DNA of 64,000 nt from Callorhinchus milii (lineage: Eukaryota), in contig NW_024704742.1 in the NCBI RefSeq assembly GCF_018977255.1, forward strand, positions 133,550,001 through 133,614,000. The letters are read 5' to 3'. A program made the translations under genes and the position numbers. The notes below the pieces were generated by a model, which had not been told where the DNA came from, did not search any database, and saw nothing but the letters and a program-made list of their open reading frames with translations. Numbering within the stretch: position 1 is the first letter of the stretch; each line of letters opens with the position of its first letter. Below are positions 38,164-51,450 of this stretch, piece after piece.

Positions 38164-39541
38164 CAACAACAACAACAACAAGATTGCATTTATAGAGCGC
38201 CTTTCACGTCGGGAGGACGTCCCAAGGCGCTGGGTTGGGTTGAGATCCGAGCAGGAGGGAAATGGTCAGGGTGAGGGGAGGGAAGGAAGGGAGCGAGGAG
38301 GGGATAGAGATTCGAGAGGGGAGGTGAAGGCACGGTTGAAGAGAAAGATCTTGAGACCGGCCTTGAAGGAGGAAAGGGAGGAAGCAAGGAGAAGGCACTG
38401 GGGGATGGAGTTCCAGAGCCTCGGGGCTGAGAGGCTGAATGACCAGCCTCCGATGGTAGGGTGGTTAGGGCGGGGGTTGTGGAGCAGACCGGAGCCAGAG
38501 GAACGGAGGGTATGGGCAGGTAAGTAGGGGGATAGTAGGTCGGAGAGGTAGGAGGGAGCGAGGCCGTGAATGGCCTTGTAGGTGAGGATGAGGATCTTGA
38601 ATTCGATCCTCTGGGGGATGGGGAGCCAGTGGAGGCGAGCGAGGGTGGGAGTGATGTGGTCGCGAAGCCTGGTGCGGGACAGTACACGAGCTGCAGAGTT
38701 CTGAATGACCTGCAGTTTGTGGAGGGAGGGGCCGGGAAGGCCGGTGAGGAGAGAGTTCCCGTCGTCCAGCCTTGAGATGATAAAGGTGTGGACCAGTGTT
38801 TCAGCGGCGTGAGGGGTGAGGTAGTGCCATAGTCTGGCGACGTCTGGAGGTGGGGGAAGGTGGTGCCAGTTGTGGCGCGGATGTGGGGAAGAAAGGACAA
38901 CTCAGGGTCGAACAGAACACGGGCTTTGAGTGGTGGAGAGTGCAGCCTTGGATGCTGATGCTGTCAGCGCCAGAGGTGCGGAGGCGCTAACGCGAGCCAA
39001 TCAGGAGGGCCTCAGTTTTACGCACGTTGAGCTGAAGAAAGTTGTCTCTCGTCCAGGACTCGATGTCAGACAGGCAGACTGTCAGGACATCGGGGGACGT
39101 GGAGTTGAGGGTAGAGGAGGAAAGGTAGAGTTGGGTGTCATCCGCATACATGTGGAAGTTAATCCCATGTCTGCGGATGATATCACTAAGGGGGAGCATA
39201 TAGAGGGTGAAGAGGAGGGGACCGAGGACAGAGCCCTGAGGGACGCCGCACAAGACAGTGCGGGGGGTGGAGGAAAAGCCGTTTGTGGAAACAAAATGAA
39301 GACGGAGGGAGAGGTACGACCTAAACCACTCAAGGACAGGGCCTTGGAGGTTGAGGTGGGAGGACAAGCCGTGGAGGAGGATAGTGTGGTCGCCCGTATC
39401 GAATGCGGCTAATAGGTCGAGGAGGACGAGAAGGCAGAGGGAGCCTGGTCGCAGATGGTCAAGATGTCATTGGTGACCTTGACCAGGGTGGTTTCCGTGC
39501 TATGGGCAGCACGGAAACCCGACTGGAGAGGTTCAAAAAGT
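38164..39541 (-). mobile_element. 5'-truncated young L2-clade LINE, same family as 9059-10364
   Basis: [19 protein letters not shown] and [10 protein letters not shown] on the minus strand; same 3' stem-loop and (TTG)n tail. Confidence 0.95.
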
Positions 39542-39604
39542 GAACAAAACAGTCACAAGATCACAAGATAGGTTGGGATGAAGAAGGCCGCTTTGGCTTC
39601 TGAA

Positions 39605-40252
39605 GCAAGAACACTCACCTCACAAGCGAGAAGACCTGGGTTTGATTTCCAGGCAGGGGAAAACTTGGGCAAGTTTCCTTTCTACACACTCCTCTGTTTA
39701 CCTAGCAGTAAGTAGGAACCTGGTTATTAATCGATTGGCAGATCGCTTTTCCAAGGGTAATAATCCGTTGAAAAAATAATAATAGTAAATTGGTCACTCA
39801 ATCCACGACTGTTTGTGGGACACTGCTGTGTGCAATTGGCTGCCGCGTTTCACTCACAAAATATATGGTCAATTCACTTTACAGCATATTCTGTGAAGTG
39901 CTTGGAGATATCTATATCAAATGCCAGGATTATCATTAATAATAATAATAATCCTTGCATTTGATTTCACGCTTTTCACGTCTTCGCGACGTCTCAAAGC
40001 GCTTCACAGAGTATGCTGTAAAGTGAATTGACTGTATATTTGTGGGCGAAATGTAGCAGCCAATTGCGCACAGCAGTGTCCCACAAACAGTCGTGGATTG
40101 CAAATGACCAATTTATTATTGTTATGTTTTGGAGGGATTATTATTAGGTGTGTGGAGTAAGAAAACTTGCCCAAGGTTTCGTCCTACCTGGAATTGAACC
40201 CAGGTGTCTCGCTTGCAAGGCGAGTGCTCTAACCACTGAGCTACAGGACTCC
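39605..40252. mobile_element. Tail-to-tail SINE pair: plus 39605-39937, minus 39938-40252
   Basis: Two oppositely oriented SINEs joined at their ATT/AAT tails. Confidence 0.88.
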
Positions 40253-40514
40253 ACAACAACATTATTACAACACCACCACCACCAACAAGATTACATTTAT
40301 ATAGCACCTTTCACGTTGGGAGGACGTCCCAAGGCACTGGACAGTGTACGGAATTTCAGACCCGAGCTGGGGTCAGGAAGGGGAGAAGGGAGGGGAGGGG
40401 AAGGTGGCGATGGCATGGTCGAAGAGGATTATAATTATTATTATTAGCAGTAGTATTAGTATTATTTTCTGATCTCATCCTTCCCCACCCCCACCCTACG
40501 TCTCTCATCAGAGC

Positions 40515-41230
40515 ATCAAGCTGTTTTGTAATTGAGTCCCAGCATCCTGGCCTCGCTGGCATTTGCTACTCTTAAAACAAATTACTGTAAGGCAGGCACC
40601 CTGAAATGTTTTGAAGTAAAATACATTGTGCTACATATTTATTAATTTATTTGATGCAGCATCGTTCACATAGGGAGGACAGTTTAAAGTGATTCGCAGG
40701 ATATACTGTGAAAGTGTAGCGAACTGTGTATTTAGAAGACAAACTCGTCAGCCAATTTGCTCAGAGCGATGTCCCACGCACACAGCCATGGAGTGAGTGA
40801 TCAATTTTATTTGGGGGAAATGTTGGCCAGAAGACCGGGAAGGAGATACTCTCTTCTCTTTTTAAACAGCGCCACAGGGTCTTTAACGTCCACCTGACCA
40901 GGCAGCTGAAACTTCAGTTTAACGTCTCATCCGAAGCATGGTACCTCCGACAGTGCAATTCTGCCCCCAGTGAACAATTTTGGTATAAAAAGTGCAACAT
41001 GTCATAGTAAACTCAGGGCTACACTGGATTGTTGAGCCCTGATGTGAGGCTCGAACCCAACACTTTCTGGGCCGGAATCAAGAATATTAGGGATTATGAA
41101 CCGAGTCAAAACTGACTCGTGGGTAATGGCCAGAAACCAATTCCAGCTGCGAAAGAGTAGCCAAGTGGCCCAGGCTGGACCGTACTGCAAAAACTTTCCA
41201 GTTGTTTGGAAAGGTCCAATTTGGATTCAG
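40515..41230. repeat. Old intronic block duplicated at about 62070-63230
   Basis: Shared non-repeat segments ataaaaagtg.aac.tgtcatagtaaactcagggctaca.tgga and tttccagttgtttggaaa(a)ggtccaatttgga.tca; offset about 22 kb. Confidence 0.8.
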
Positions 41231-43759
41231 AGGTTGCAGTTTAGAACCAATTTGGACTCAGAGGTTGCAGTTTAGAACCCGTTCCCCACCTCCCACTCAT
41301 TCTCCTATATCATCAATCAGTGAATAGCCTCAAGCGGTGAGTTTTTCTGCATCACAAACCAGCCTAAATTTTTGCTCCACCAGCGCTCAGGCTCTGATTT
41401 CTCTTGAGTCCGTTTGAAGTAGTCTCGATGGCTTTGCCGCCTTTAGGAGAATGAACCCCCCTCCCTCGTGCTCAGAGTTAAGCAGAACCTTATAGCTTTG
41501 ACATCTTAGGGGGCGACAACTGAGCTGATGCTCCTGTACAGTGCTATGCTGGGGGAAGAGGTGCATTGTCTGAGGTGCCGTCCTTCAGATGAGCTTTTAA
41601 ATCAAAGCCTTGTCTTGCCGTTTAGGTGGACGTTAAAAATAATAATAATAATTCCTGCATTTGATATAGTGCTCATCACATCTCAAAGAATACAGTGTAA
41701 AGTGAATTGACTGTGTATTTTGTGGGTGGAAACACAGCAGCCAATTGCACACAGCTGTGCCCCACAAACAGTCATGGACTGGGCGACCAATTTTTTTTAA
41801 AGGAATTATCTCCCATGGAAAAGTGATCGGCAAATCCCATAAGAGAAGTTTGTCCCTCTGGGTAGCCTGGCCAACAGCAACCACATGTTGGGGACATTGC
41901 TGTGTGCAAATTGGCTGCTGTGTTTGGCTGCAAAATGCACAGTGACTGAGCTTCACAGTGAGTCACATCAAGCACTTCGAGAGGTTTCGAAGATGTGATA
42001 AAACAGTATTTCTATTGAAAGGATTATTATTATTAATATTATATTACAAACCCTGACCCAGAGGCGAGAGCTCTTTCAACTGAGCCAAGCTGTTACAAGC
42101 TGGTTATTCTTGATAAAATGCATTGGTTTTCTAATGCTTGGTGCAGATGGTTGTAACTACATCTATCAAGTCATACAAATAACAAGTAAAATGCTAAACA
42201 TTGAAGAAAGCATACACGCAATTCCCTTTGGGGGCAGAGCAGATCATGAGGTAAAATACCTTAATCTATCAAAATGCTGCATCATTAAGTCTCTTTGGTC
42301 GATGTGTGAAAGCATTCGCATTAAACAGTCAGTCATTACTGTCACACAGTTGATCCACTGACAGCTTCTAACCTATCCCTTGATAGAGCCTTAATCATTC
42401 ACTCAATGAAGTGCATCAGGGATTCAGAGCCATGGAATGATAGACTATTTGCAGCTCAGGAGGCCATTCAGTTTATTGAGCTCATCAGATTTGTTTGTCT
42501 TGGCTAGCTCCGCCGCTGCATCTAACTCCTCTAATCCCAACCACTTACTGTTCCCTGTAATCCTTGGTATTTTCTGCATTACAGTATTAATCAAATACCT
42601 ATTCAAAACCTCTTTTGGACTCAACTCGACTTCAAAAGACGTTTGTGGGAAGGCATTTCATCTTCCAGAAATGCAGCTGATAAAAATGATGATTCTGAAC
42701 AAAATAGCACTTCGAACTTGACCCATTTATTTTCCCCACTGGTGATAATCCTCATTTTACAACAATAACAAAAACGACAACACCTTGCATTTACATAATG
42801 CCCTTCACGCGGGGTAGTGTCTCGGAACACTTAACCATAGCAGAGCTTGACAGCTGAGCCGCTCTGTTGACCGCAGACACGGTTAAAGAGGAAGGATTTT
42901 CAGGTGCGATCTGAAGATGGGCAAAGAAGGGGCAAGGCGGAAAGGATGATGTTACCAATTCAAGTCTGTATGTCCGTATGTTCTGACACAAAATACCATG
43001 ATTTTATTTCTTGCTGCACATTGCCATTATAATAATAATAATCCTTGCATTTGATATAGCGCCTTATCACATTGATGACACGTCTCAAAGTGCTTCACAG
43101 AATATATTTTAAAGTGGATTACCTGGGTATTTTGTGGGTGAAAATTGCAAGCGTTATTATTATCACTATTATTATTACTATTATGGTTAGATGGTAAGCA
43201 CTCTCTCCTCTGAGTCAGTGGTTGTGGGTTCAAACACCACATCGAGATTTTCAATTTGTAGACCAAGCTGACATTGTAATGCAGTGGGGGGGTGTGTTTT
43301 GGCTGAGATATTAAACCGAGGTCCTGTCTGCCTGTGGAAATTGATCCACAACAACAGCAATAAATTGCACTCACACAGAGCCCTTCACATAGGATAGAGT
43401 CTCAGGCACTGGTCAGTGTTCAGTGATGGTAGAAAATGGAACAGGGACGCTAGTGTGCTACTACTTATAATAATACACATATTGAACCTACGAGTAATGA
43501 TTATAATCATTACATTTGACATAGCACCCTTCATGTCAGGATGATACCTCAAAGCGCTTTGCAGAATATATTATGAATTGTTGCGACTATTTTGCAAGTA
43601 GACACAGCAGCCAACTTGCACACAGCAATGTCCCACAATCAGCTGTGAAGTGAATGACCAATTATTTTATTATTTCAAAGGACTGATGAATTCAGGGCAT
43701 AGCAATTGCAGCTGTATCATATCGTTCTGAATTTGGTAAGTTGTTAATTGCAGTCTTGT

Positions 43760-44047
43760 GGAGTGCTGTAGCTCAGTGGTTAGAGCACTCGCCTCGCAAG
43801 CGAGAGACTAAGGTTCGATTCCCGACAGGGCGAAACCTTGGGCAAGTTTCCTTACTCCACACGCCTGATAATAATCCTTCAAGAAAAAAAAACAATAATA
43901 AATTGTGGGACACTGCTGTGCGCAATTGGCTGCCGTGTTTTGCCAACAAATATACAGTCAATTCATTTTACAGTATATTCTGTGAAGCGCTTTGAGACGT
44001 CTAGAAGACGTGAAAAGCGCTGTATCAAAAATGCAGGGATTATTATT
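43760..44047 (+). mobile_element. tRNA/Deu SINE, short subfamily (CGC anticodon)
   Basis: Complete head with A and B boxes, core and tail. Confidence 0.88.
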
Positions 44048-45562
44048 CCTATTATTTAATTTTGAAACTGGCTTCAAAGTTAATACTGTATTGTAGTAGG
44101 TGCTGTCCTCCGGATGAGACGTTAACCCAAGATCCCGTCTTCCAGTTCAGGTTGGACGTTAAAATCCCATGGCTCTATTCGAAAAGAGAAGGGAGTTTCT
44201 GTTGGTGTTCTGCCCGATAATGCCGCAGACAAAATCGATTGTTCACTTTGTGACTTTTTATGGGACATTGCAGTGTACAAATCGGCTGCCACATTAAACC
44301 CACAAGTACATTTCATTTTACTCTTGAGAAGCGCTTTGAGAAATTACAACAAAATATCACAATATCAGATATAAGGTTTGTTAGCGCGCTCGCCTTACAA
44401 GCGAGAGGATCCGGGTTCAATTCCAGGCAGGGCGAAACCTTAGGCAAATTTCCTTACTCAACACACCTCTGTTTATTTATAAGTAGGAACCCAGTTGTTA
44501 GTTGATTGGAGAATCTCTTTCCAGGGGTAATAATCCCTTCAAAAGAATAATAATAATTTGGTCACTTAATCGACTGCTGTGTGCCATTGGCTGCTGCGTT
44601 TCGCCCACAAAATATAAAATGAATTCACTTAACAGTATATCACTTTGAGACGAATCAACTTCATGATAAGGTGCTACATTGAATTATTGTTATAACTTAC
44701 AATTTATTATAACCCACAACAGAAACATTATTATTATGTCAGCCAGTTGAACAAATCCTGGAGCCAAGTGTGAGGCTTCTTAAGCATAGCCTGGTGCTTT
44801 TCATAGATTCATAGAATATTACAGCACTGAAGGAGGCCATTTAGAAGATCAGTCCCAATCTCAGTGTATTTCTTAGTTTTTAGACGGTGAGACATTTTGT
44901 CAGATAATTTGCTGAAATGATTGCTTCAGGCACTGACTAACTAGATAGAGCCTTTTGAAAACTGGCAAATCATTTGCATATTAACCAGCCCTTACAGCCC
45001 CATTCCACAGGTGGGTTACCATTTCCCCGAATGCAAAGTTGTGAAGAGGATAATTATGTCTTTATTTGTGTTTTTTGCTGCAGTGAAATGGGAAATAAAA
45101 GGCACATTGTTTCTTGCCAATGAAAGTGCTTTGTGGAACTCAGGCATTAAGCAGTCCTGCCTTTCATCATCAGCTCATGCACCACATCCCAATTTGGTTT
45201 CAATAATTAGACAAGGAATGAGCAGACATCAGTTCAACCTGGTGAACACACCACTGTACGTCTAATCTTTCAGTTTCCTTTCTGTCACCTCTAGTTGGCT
45301 CCCGATGGTTCTTCAACAAACTGTAGGTATCAGCCTGGTTCAGTTGGTAGCACGCTCGCCTCTGACTTTGTTCAAGCCCCCACATTGGGAGTTTGGGCTC
45401 ACAAGTCTTGGCTGATATCCAGTGCAGCACTTGGAGAGCAGAATTTCATCACGTCCTTCAGATTAGACATGGAATCGAGGTCCTATCTGCCTGTTCAGGT
45501 GAATGTTATAAGATACCATGGCACAATTCGAAAAGAGAAGAGTTTCTTCGAGTGTCCTTGAG

Positions 45563-46210
45563 TAGAATCATAAAATATTACAGCACAGAAGGAGGCCATT
45601 CAGCCCATCGTGCCTCTGCGGCTCTTTGGAAGAGCTTCTAAATCAGTACTCTGCTCTTTCCCCATATCCTTGCAAATTTTTTCGTTTTCAAGTACCTGTC
45701 CAATACCCCTTTTCAGGCAGTGGATTCCAGACCGTAACAACTCTCTGTAAAAAAAGTCTCCTCATTTTCCCTCTGGTTCTTTTGCCAGTTATCTTAAATC
45801 TATGTCCGCTGGTTACTGACTCACCTGCCAGTGGAAACAGTTTCTTCCTATCTACGTTATCAAAACCCTTCATAATTTTGAACACCTTTATTAAATCTCC
45901 CCTTAACCTTCTCAATCTAACAAGAACCATCCCAGATTCTCTAGTCTCTCCACTATAAAGTCCCTCATGCCTGGTCCCATTCTGGTAAATCTCCTCGGCA
46001 CCACCTCCGAGACCTTGATATCCTTCCTAAAGTGTGGGGTCCAGAATTGGACACAATACTCCAGTTGAGGCCTAATCAGTGACTTCTAAAAGTTTAGCAG
46101 AACTTTCTTGCTTTTGCCATTGTTTATAAAGCCGAAGATACCATATGCATTTTTAACAAGCTGTCCTGCCACCTGTGTATGTGAACCCCCAGGTCTCTCT
46201 GCTCCTTTAC
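45563..46210 (-). mobile_element. CR1 3' fragment
   Basis: RRLRGDLIKVFKIMKGFD...LFPLAGESVTSGHRFK peptide on the minus strand. Confidence 0.87.
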
Positions 46211-47774
46211 CTTTAATGGCCTGCTCCTGGACTGTATAATTCTATAATTCTATGATCCTGGTGTGAAAGGCACTATATCACGTTACCATTATTACTATTA
46301 TTTTTTATCTATCACTTTTAAAATCAATTTGTCAATTTAAGTTTTTGCAATATTATTCTTTTCTTCACTTCGGGAGGATGTCACTAAGTGCTTCATAGGA
46401 GTTCACTGTAAAGTGTAGTGACTGTGCATTTTGTAGGCAAATGTGACAGCCAGTTTGTACACAGCAGTGTCTCACAAACTGCCATGAAGTGAACTTTATG
46501 TGGGGACTTGTTGGCTGGACACTGGAACAAACATCCTTATCTTTTCAAATAGTAAAATGGAATCTTTATATTCTATCTAAATAGGCAGATGGGAACGCAG
46601 TTTAATAATAACACTAATCCTAATATTTGGTAGAGCTGCTTTCACGTCAGGAGGATGTTGTTTCTTATTGTAAAGTACAGTGCCTGCATGTTTTTGTGGG
46701 CAAATGCGGCAGCCAGTTGCGCATAGAATCGTCCCACAAACAACCATGGAGTGCGTGACCAATTTTATTTGAAAGATTCTTGGCCCAGACACCGGAAGAA
46801 ACTGCCTTATGTTTTCGAGATCTTGTCAGTGTCACAAGATCCTTAGCGCCCCTAAACAGACAGGGTCTCGGTCTAACGTCTCATCTGAAGGATGGCACCT
46901 CCAACAATGCAGCACACCCACAGCACTGCACTGGATTATATCAGTTCCAAGTTCAAATGTGGGGATAGAACCCACAACTTTCTGATTCAGAGGTGAGAGT
47001 GCCAGGCTGACACCAGCTAAGGAAGGGAGAAGTTGGAATGTGTCTTGCCAAGTACTTTCATCAAAAAGCACAGTACATTTCCTGACTGCAGCAGAATACT
47101 GAGGAGTGTTGACAAGGTTAACGTAGCAAAAGTCCAGAGATCTGATAGATTTTTATCATGGTCTTCCAATGAAGTGATAGCCAACCATATATGCCTTCAC
47201 AAACTAGAAAATAAGTGATAAGGAATGAACTACAGTACAAATAGACCCTGTGCAAACTTGCCACAAAGTGATATTAGGTCAAAGATTTATTTTCTGTCTC
47301 CAGGCAGGTTTATTAGAGCGCCAATGAATTCTGCGTGGCCAAGTATCTCCAAATGTCATGTGGATCTTTTACCAGATATGGGACTAATAACAGAGCCATT
47401 GTTCATTATGTGGCGCCTGGGTTGGGGGAGAGAACAGAGAATGCACAAATATCTATGCGGTCTATTTATAGTTTTTTATTGCTTATTTTCTACTTTGGGA
47501 GATGATATAACATGCTGGAAAAATCATAATCCTTAGATTTGATTCAACTCCTTTCATATCAGAGATACATCTCAAAGCATTTAACCAGATTATACTGTAA
47601 AGTGCAGTGACTGCTTAGCTTAGCGACCAACACTGCAGGCAATTTGCGGACAGCATCCACCTGAACACTACAGAGAGGGCCTCGGTTTAACATTTCAGTC
47701 GAAGGACGGCACCTCCAACAATGCAATTCCCCCCCTGGTTGGAATGTCAGTTTAGACGATGTGACGATGTGATC

Positions 47775-48666
47775 ACACGCCTAATAATAATCCCTCCAAA
47801 AACAAAACAATAATAAATTGGTCATTTTCAATCCACAACGGTTTGCGGGACACTGCTGTGCGCAATTGGCTGCCGCATTTCGCCCACAAATATATGGTCA
47901 ATTCAGTTTTCAGTCTATTCTGTGAAGTGCTTTGAGACGTTGAGAAGATATAAAAAGCGCTATATCAAATGAAAGGATTATTGTTATTATTATTATCTTA
48001 AACTCCCGAGGTGGGCTTGTTTGTGGAGTCCTGTAGGGTATTGATTAGAGCACGCGTTCACAAGCAAAAGGACTTGGGTTTGATTCCCGGGTGGGGCAAA
48101 ACCTAAGGCAAGTTTCCTTTCTGCACACGCCTTTGTTTACTTAGCAGTAACTCGGAAGAGGTTTGATAGTCGATTGGCGGATCGCATTTCCGAAGTATTA
48201 CATTTGGTCACTCAATGCACAACTGTTTGTGGGACACTGCTGTGTGCAATTGTCTGAAGCGTTTCACCCACAAAATATACAGTCAGTTCACTTTACAGTA
48301 TACTCTGAAGTTCTTTGAGATGTCTCAATGATGTGATGAGACACCATATAAAAGTAATAATAATCCTTGGATTTGGTATAGCGCTTTTTACATCTTCTCG
48401 ACGTCTCAAAGCGCTTCACAGCATAGACTGTAAAGTGAATTGACCGTTTATTTGTGGGCGAAACACGGCAGCTAATTGCGCACAGCAATGTCCCACAAAC
48501 AGTCGTGGATTGAAAATGACCAATTTATTATTGTTTTTGGTTTTGGAGGGATTATTATTAGGCGTATGGAGTAAGGAAACTTGCCCAAGGTTTCGCGCTG
48601 TCTGGAATTGAACCCAGGTGTCTCGCTTGCAAGGCGAGTGCTCTAACCACTGAGCTACAGGTCTCC
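47775..48666. mobile_element. SINE cluster: plus 47775-47995, plus 48025-48350, minus 48355-48666
   Basis: Recognisable heads, cores and tails; the last two are tail to tail. Confidence 0.85.
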
Positions 48667-49591
48667 ACATATAATCTGCATATAAAATGCAAGGATTATT
48701 ATTATTGATGTATCATTAAATATTATTATTATATCATGAAATCAAATCAAAGCCCATGACCGGAGATCCCACGTATAAAAATAATAAAGGAAGAAAGCAA
48801 AATAGATCCAGCATTGTAGTAATCATTAATGATTGCTCAGTCCTTTCTTCCTTTTGTTGTTGTCTCAACTAATCACTTCCTTATACTGTGCAGTGTGAAG
48901 GGAGGGGGATTCTCCCAGTGTCCTAGCCAACAATTCCCCAAATAAAATTGGTCACTCATCCATGGCTGTTTGTAGAACATTACTGTGTGGAAATTATGTG
49001 CTGCGTTTTGCCCACAAAACACACTTTACACATATCTTGTGAAGTGTTTTGGGTCATCCTTCTGTCATGAGAGGTGCTGTATCATTATTATTATTATTTA
49101 TATATATGTATGTAAAAAGCAATGTTTGATGTTAAATTTTATGCATGGGTCAAACTTCAAGCTTCTCTTTGAGGTTTCAAGAGAAACTGATTTCTGTCAG
49201 GTTTTATACTGTGGTTCATGAATGTCTAAAGTCGAGCACACAGCCCTCAATCAGTAAAGTTAATGAAGCAATTCTTTGTAGTGCCATCCCTCATTGAAAT
49301 CAGTTAGTCTAATCTTTATTTGATCAGTTGGGTGTTTGACACAAACAGAAACTCATCACTGTGCTTAATAGTGTCCAAATCCGACTGAGAGTTCCATATG
49401 TATAAGCCACTTAGCCATCAAAATTTCCGTGTGTGCCTTAAATAGTATAATAATAATGACTTTTTGGGGGACACAGCTGTGAACAATTAGCTCCCGCGTT
49501 TCACCCACAAAACGCACCTTCACTACACTTTAAAGTATATCCTGTGAAGCGCTTTGAGATGTCTCAATGACGTGATAAGGCACTATATCAC

Positions 49592-49934
49592 GAGTCCTGT
49601 AGCTCAGTGGTTAGAGCACTCGCTTTGCAAGCGAGAGACCTGAGTTCAATTCCAGGCAGGGCGAAACCTTGGGCAAGTTTCCTTACTCCACACAGAGCCT
49701 AATAATAATCCCTCCAAAACCCAAAACAATAATAAATTGGTCATTTTCAATCTACGATTGTTTGTGGGACATTGCTGTGCGCAATTGGCTGCCGCGTTCG
49801 CCCACAAATATACAGTCAATTCACTTTACAGTGTGTTCTGTGAAGCGCTTTGGGACGTCCTCCCGACGTGAAAAGCGCTATATCAAATGCAAGGATTATT
49901 ATTATATCAAATGCAAGGATTATCATTATTATTA
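49592..49934 (+). mobile_element. Young full-length tRNA-Ala/Deu/L2-tail SINE with duplicated tail
   Basis: A and B boxes, TGC anticodon arm, tail stem-loop AGCGCTTT-GGG-ACGTC-CTCCC-GACGT-GA-AAAGCGCT, tatcaaatgcaaggattat present twice. Confidence 0.93.
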
Positions 49935-51106
49935 ATAGAATTCACGCTCTCTCCCTGGAGGATTGCACCATGCTTAACTGATTCCTGAGAGTATTAGGCA
50001 CAGGTTGGTGAGAACCAAGGCTTGGGGGACACCAGAGTGTGTGTTGGGGTTTGTTAGGTCAGGGGATCAAGAGATATGGGCAAGGGCTGGTAACTGGACT
50101 TGAGGTACAGATCAGCCATGATCTTATAAAATGGCGGAACAGGCTCGAGGGGTTGAATAGCCTACTCCCGATTCTATGTTTCTATGGTTACTGCTGGAGT
50201 TAAAGTAAATAAACCCTCATAGCTTACCACTGTCTGGCAAGCTACCATTGGAACTTTGGCTGGATGTACCTTGTCCATTAAGGCTTTGGCTTGCAGAGTT
50301 AACAGGAACTGAGTGGGAAAAATCCCTGCCCCCAGTGACTGGTCAGGGATTGCAAGTCCTGGCGATGCGCCAGGCTGACTGGGCTGCCATCAACAGAGCC
50401 CTGGAATTCTGTGGATGTGCCTCCCAGGAACAGGACTCCCGAGACCGCCATAACCATTTGACTCGATTCCAACATTTAGTTGTCAAGCACGACACCTTGA
50501 AACCAGTTCAGCTACAAGGAGACCCTGCTTAATTCCCACGTCCACACCCCACCTCAGAAAAATGGCTACTAGTTGGTCATTTGACATATGACAAATACAG
50601 GTTTGAGCCCTCACTCGATGAATAGCAGGTACCAGGAACTCCCTGCATGGTTCCAGTAACTAGCAGAGCTCAGCTTGAATTGAGTGAGAGCATTGCCAAC
50701 CAAGTCCTGACATCAGCATTGATGATCCTCAGTGTTAGAGGGGTGAACTATGAGGAATGATGAAATAAGATGAGGTTATTCAGCCTTGAAAGGAGACATT
50801 GCAGAGGAGATCTTGCAGAGGTTTGTACGATAAGATGCTGAATGGCATTGAGAGTGTAAGAAAGAAAAAAACTTTTGCTGGTAATCTTATCACATCAAAA
50901 TGTCCCAAAGCACTTCACAGTTAATTGCTGTCAAGTATAGTAACTGTTTTTGTTGACAAATAAGATTTTTTAAATCTAGAATGTTCTTCAGGAGCAAGAG
51001 AGCACAAGCTCAGGGTTGGGAAGGGCAATTTTAGGATAGACACTAAGCAACGGTGGCTGAGGTCTGAATCCTGGACCCATTTATGAAGCATCTTGTTGCC
51101 CGCACT

Positions 51107-51450
51107 AATAATAATAATCCTTGTATTTGTACAGTGCCTTATCATGTCATTCAGACTTCTCAAGGAGCTTCACAGAATATATTGTAAAGTGAATTGACTG
51201 TGTATTTTGTGGGCAAAATACGGCAGTTAATTACGCACTGCAGTGTCCCACAAACAGTCGTGGATTGAGTGACCAAATTTTTTTTTTGGAAGGGATTATT
51301 ATCCCTGGAAAACGATCCGCCTTTCGACAAATAACCACATATCCTACTTACTGCTAGGTAAACAGAGGCGTTTAAACTTGCCTAAGGTTTCGCCCTGCCC
51401 GGGAATCAAACCCAGTCCTCTCACTTGAGGGCGAGTGCTCTAACCACTAC
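51107..51450 (-). mobile_element. tRNA/Deu SINE, long subfamily
   Basis: Reverse complement of head, core and tail. Confidence 0.83.

Noticed and set aside
7381..49670. tRNA-Ala genes at SINE heads
   Set aside because: Each continues into the same Deu core and L2-type tail and copies are diverged; these are SINE heads, not stand-alone tRNA genes.
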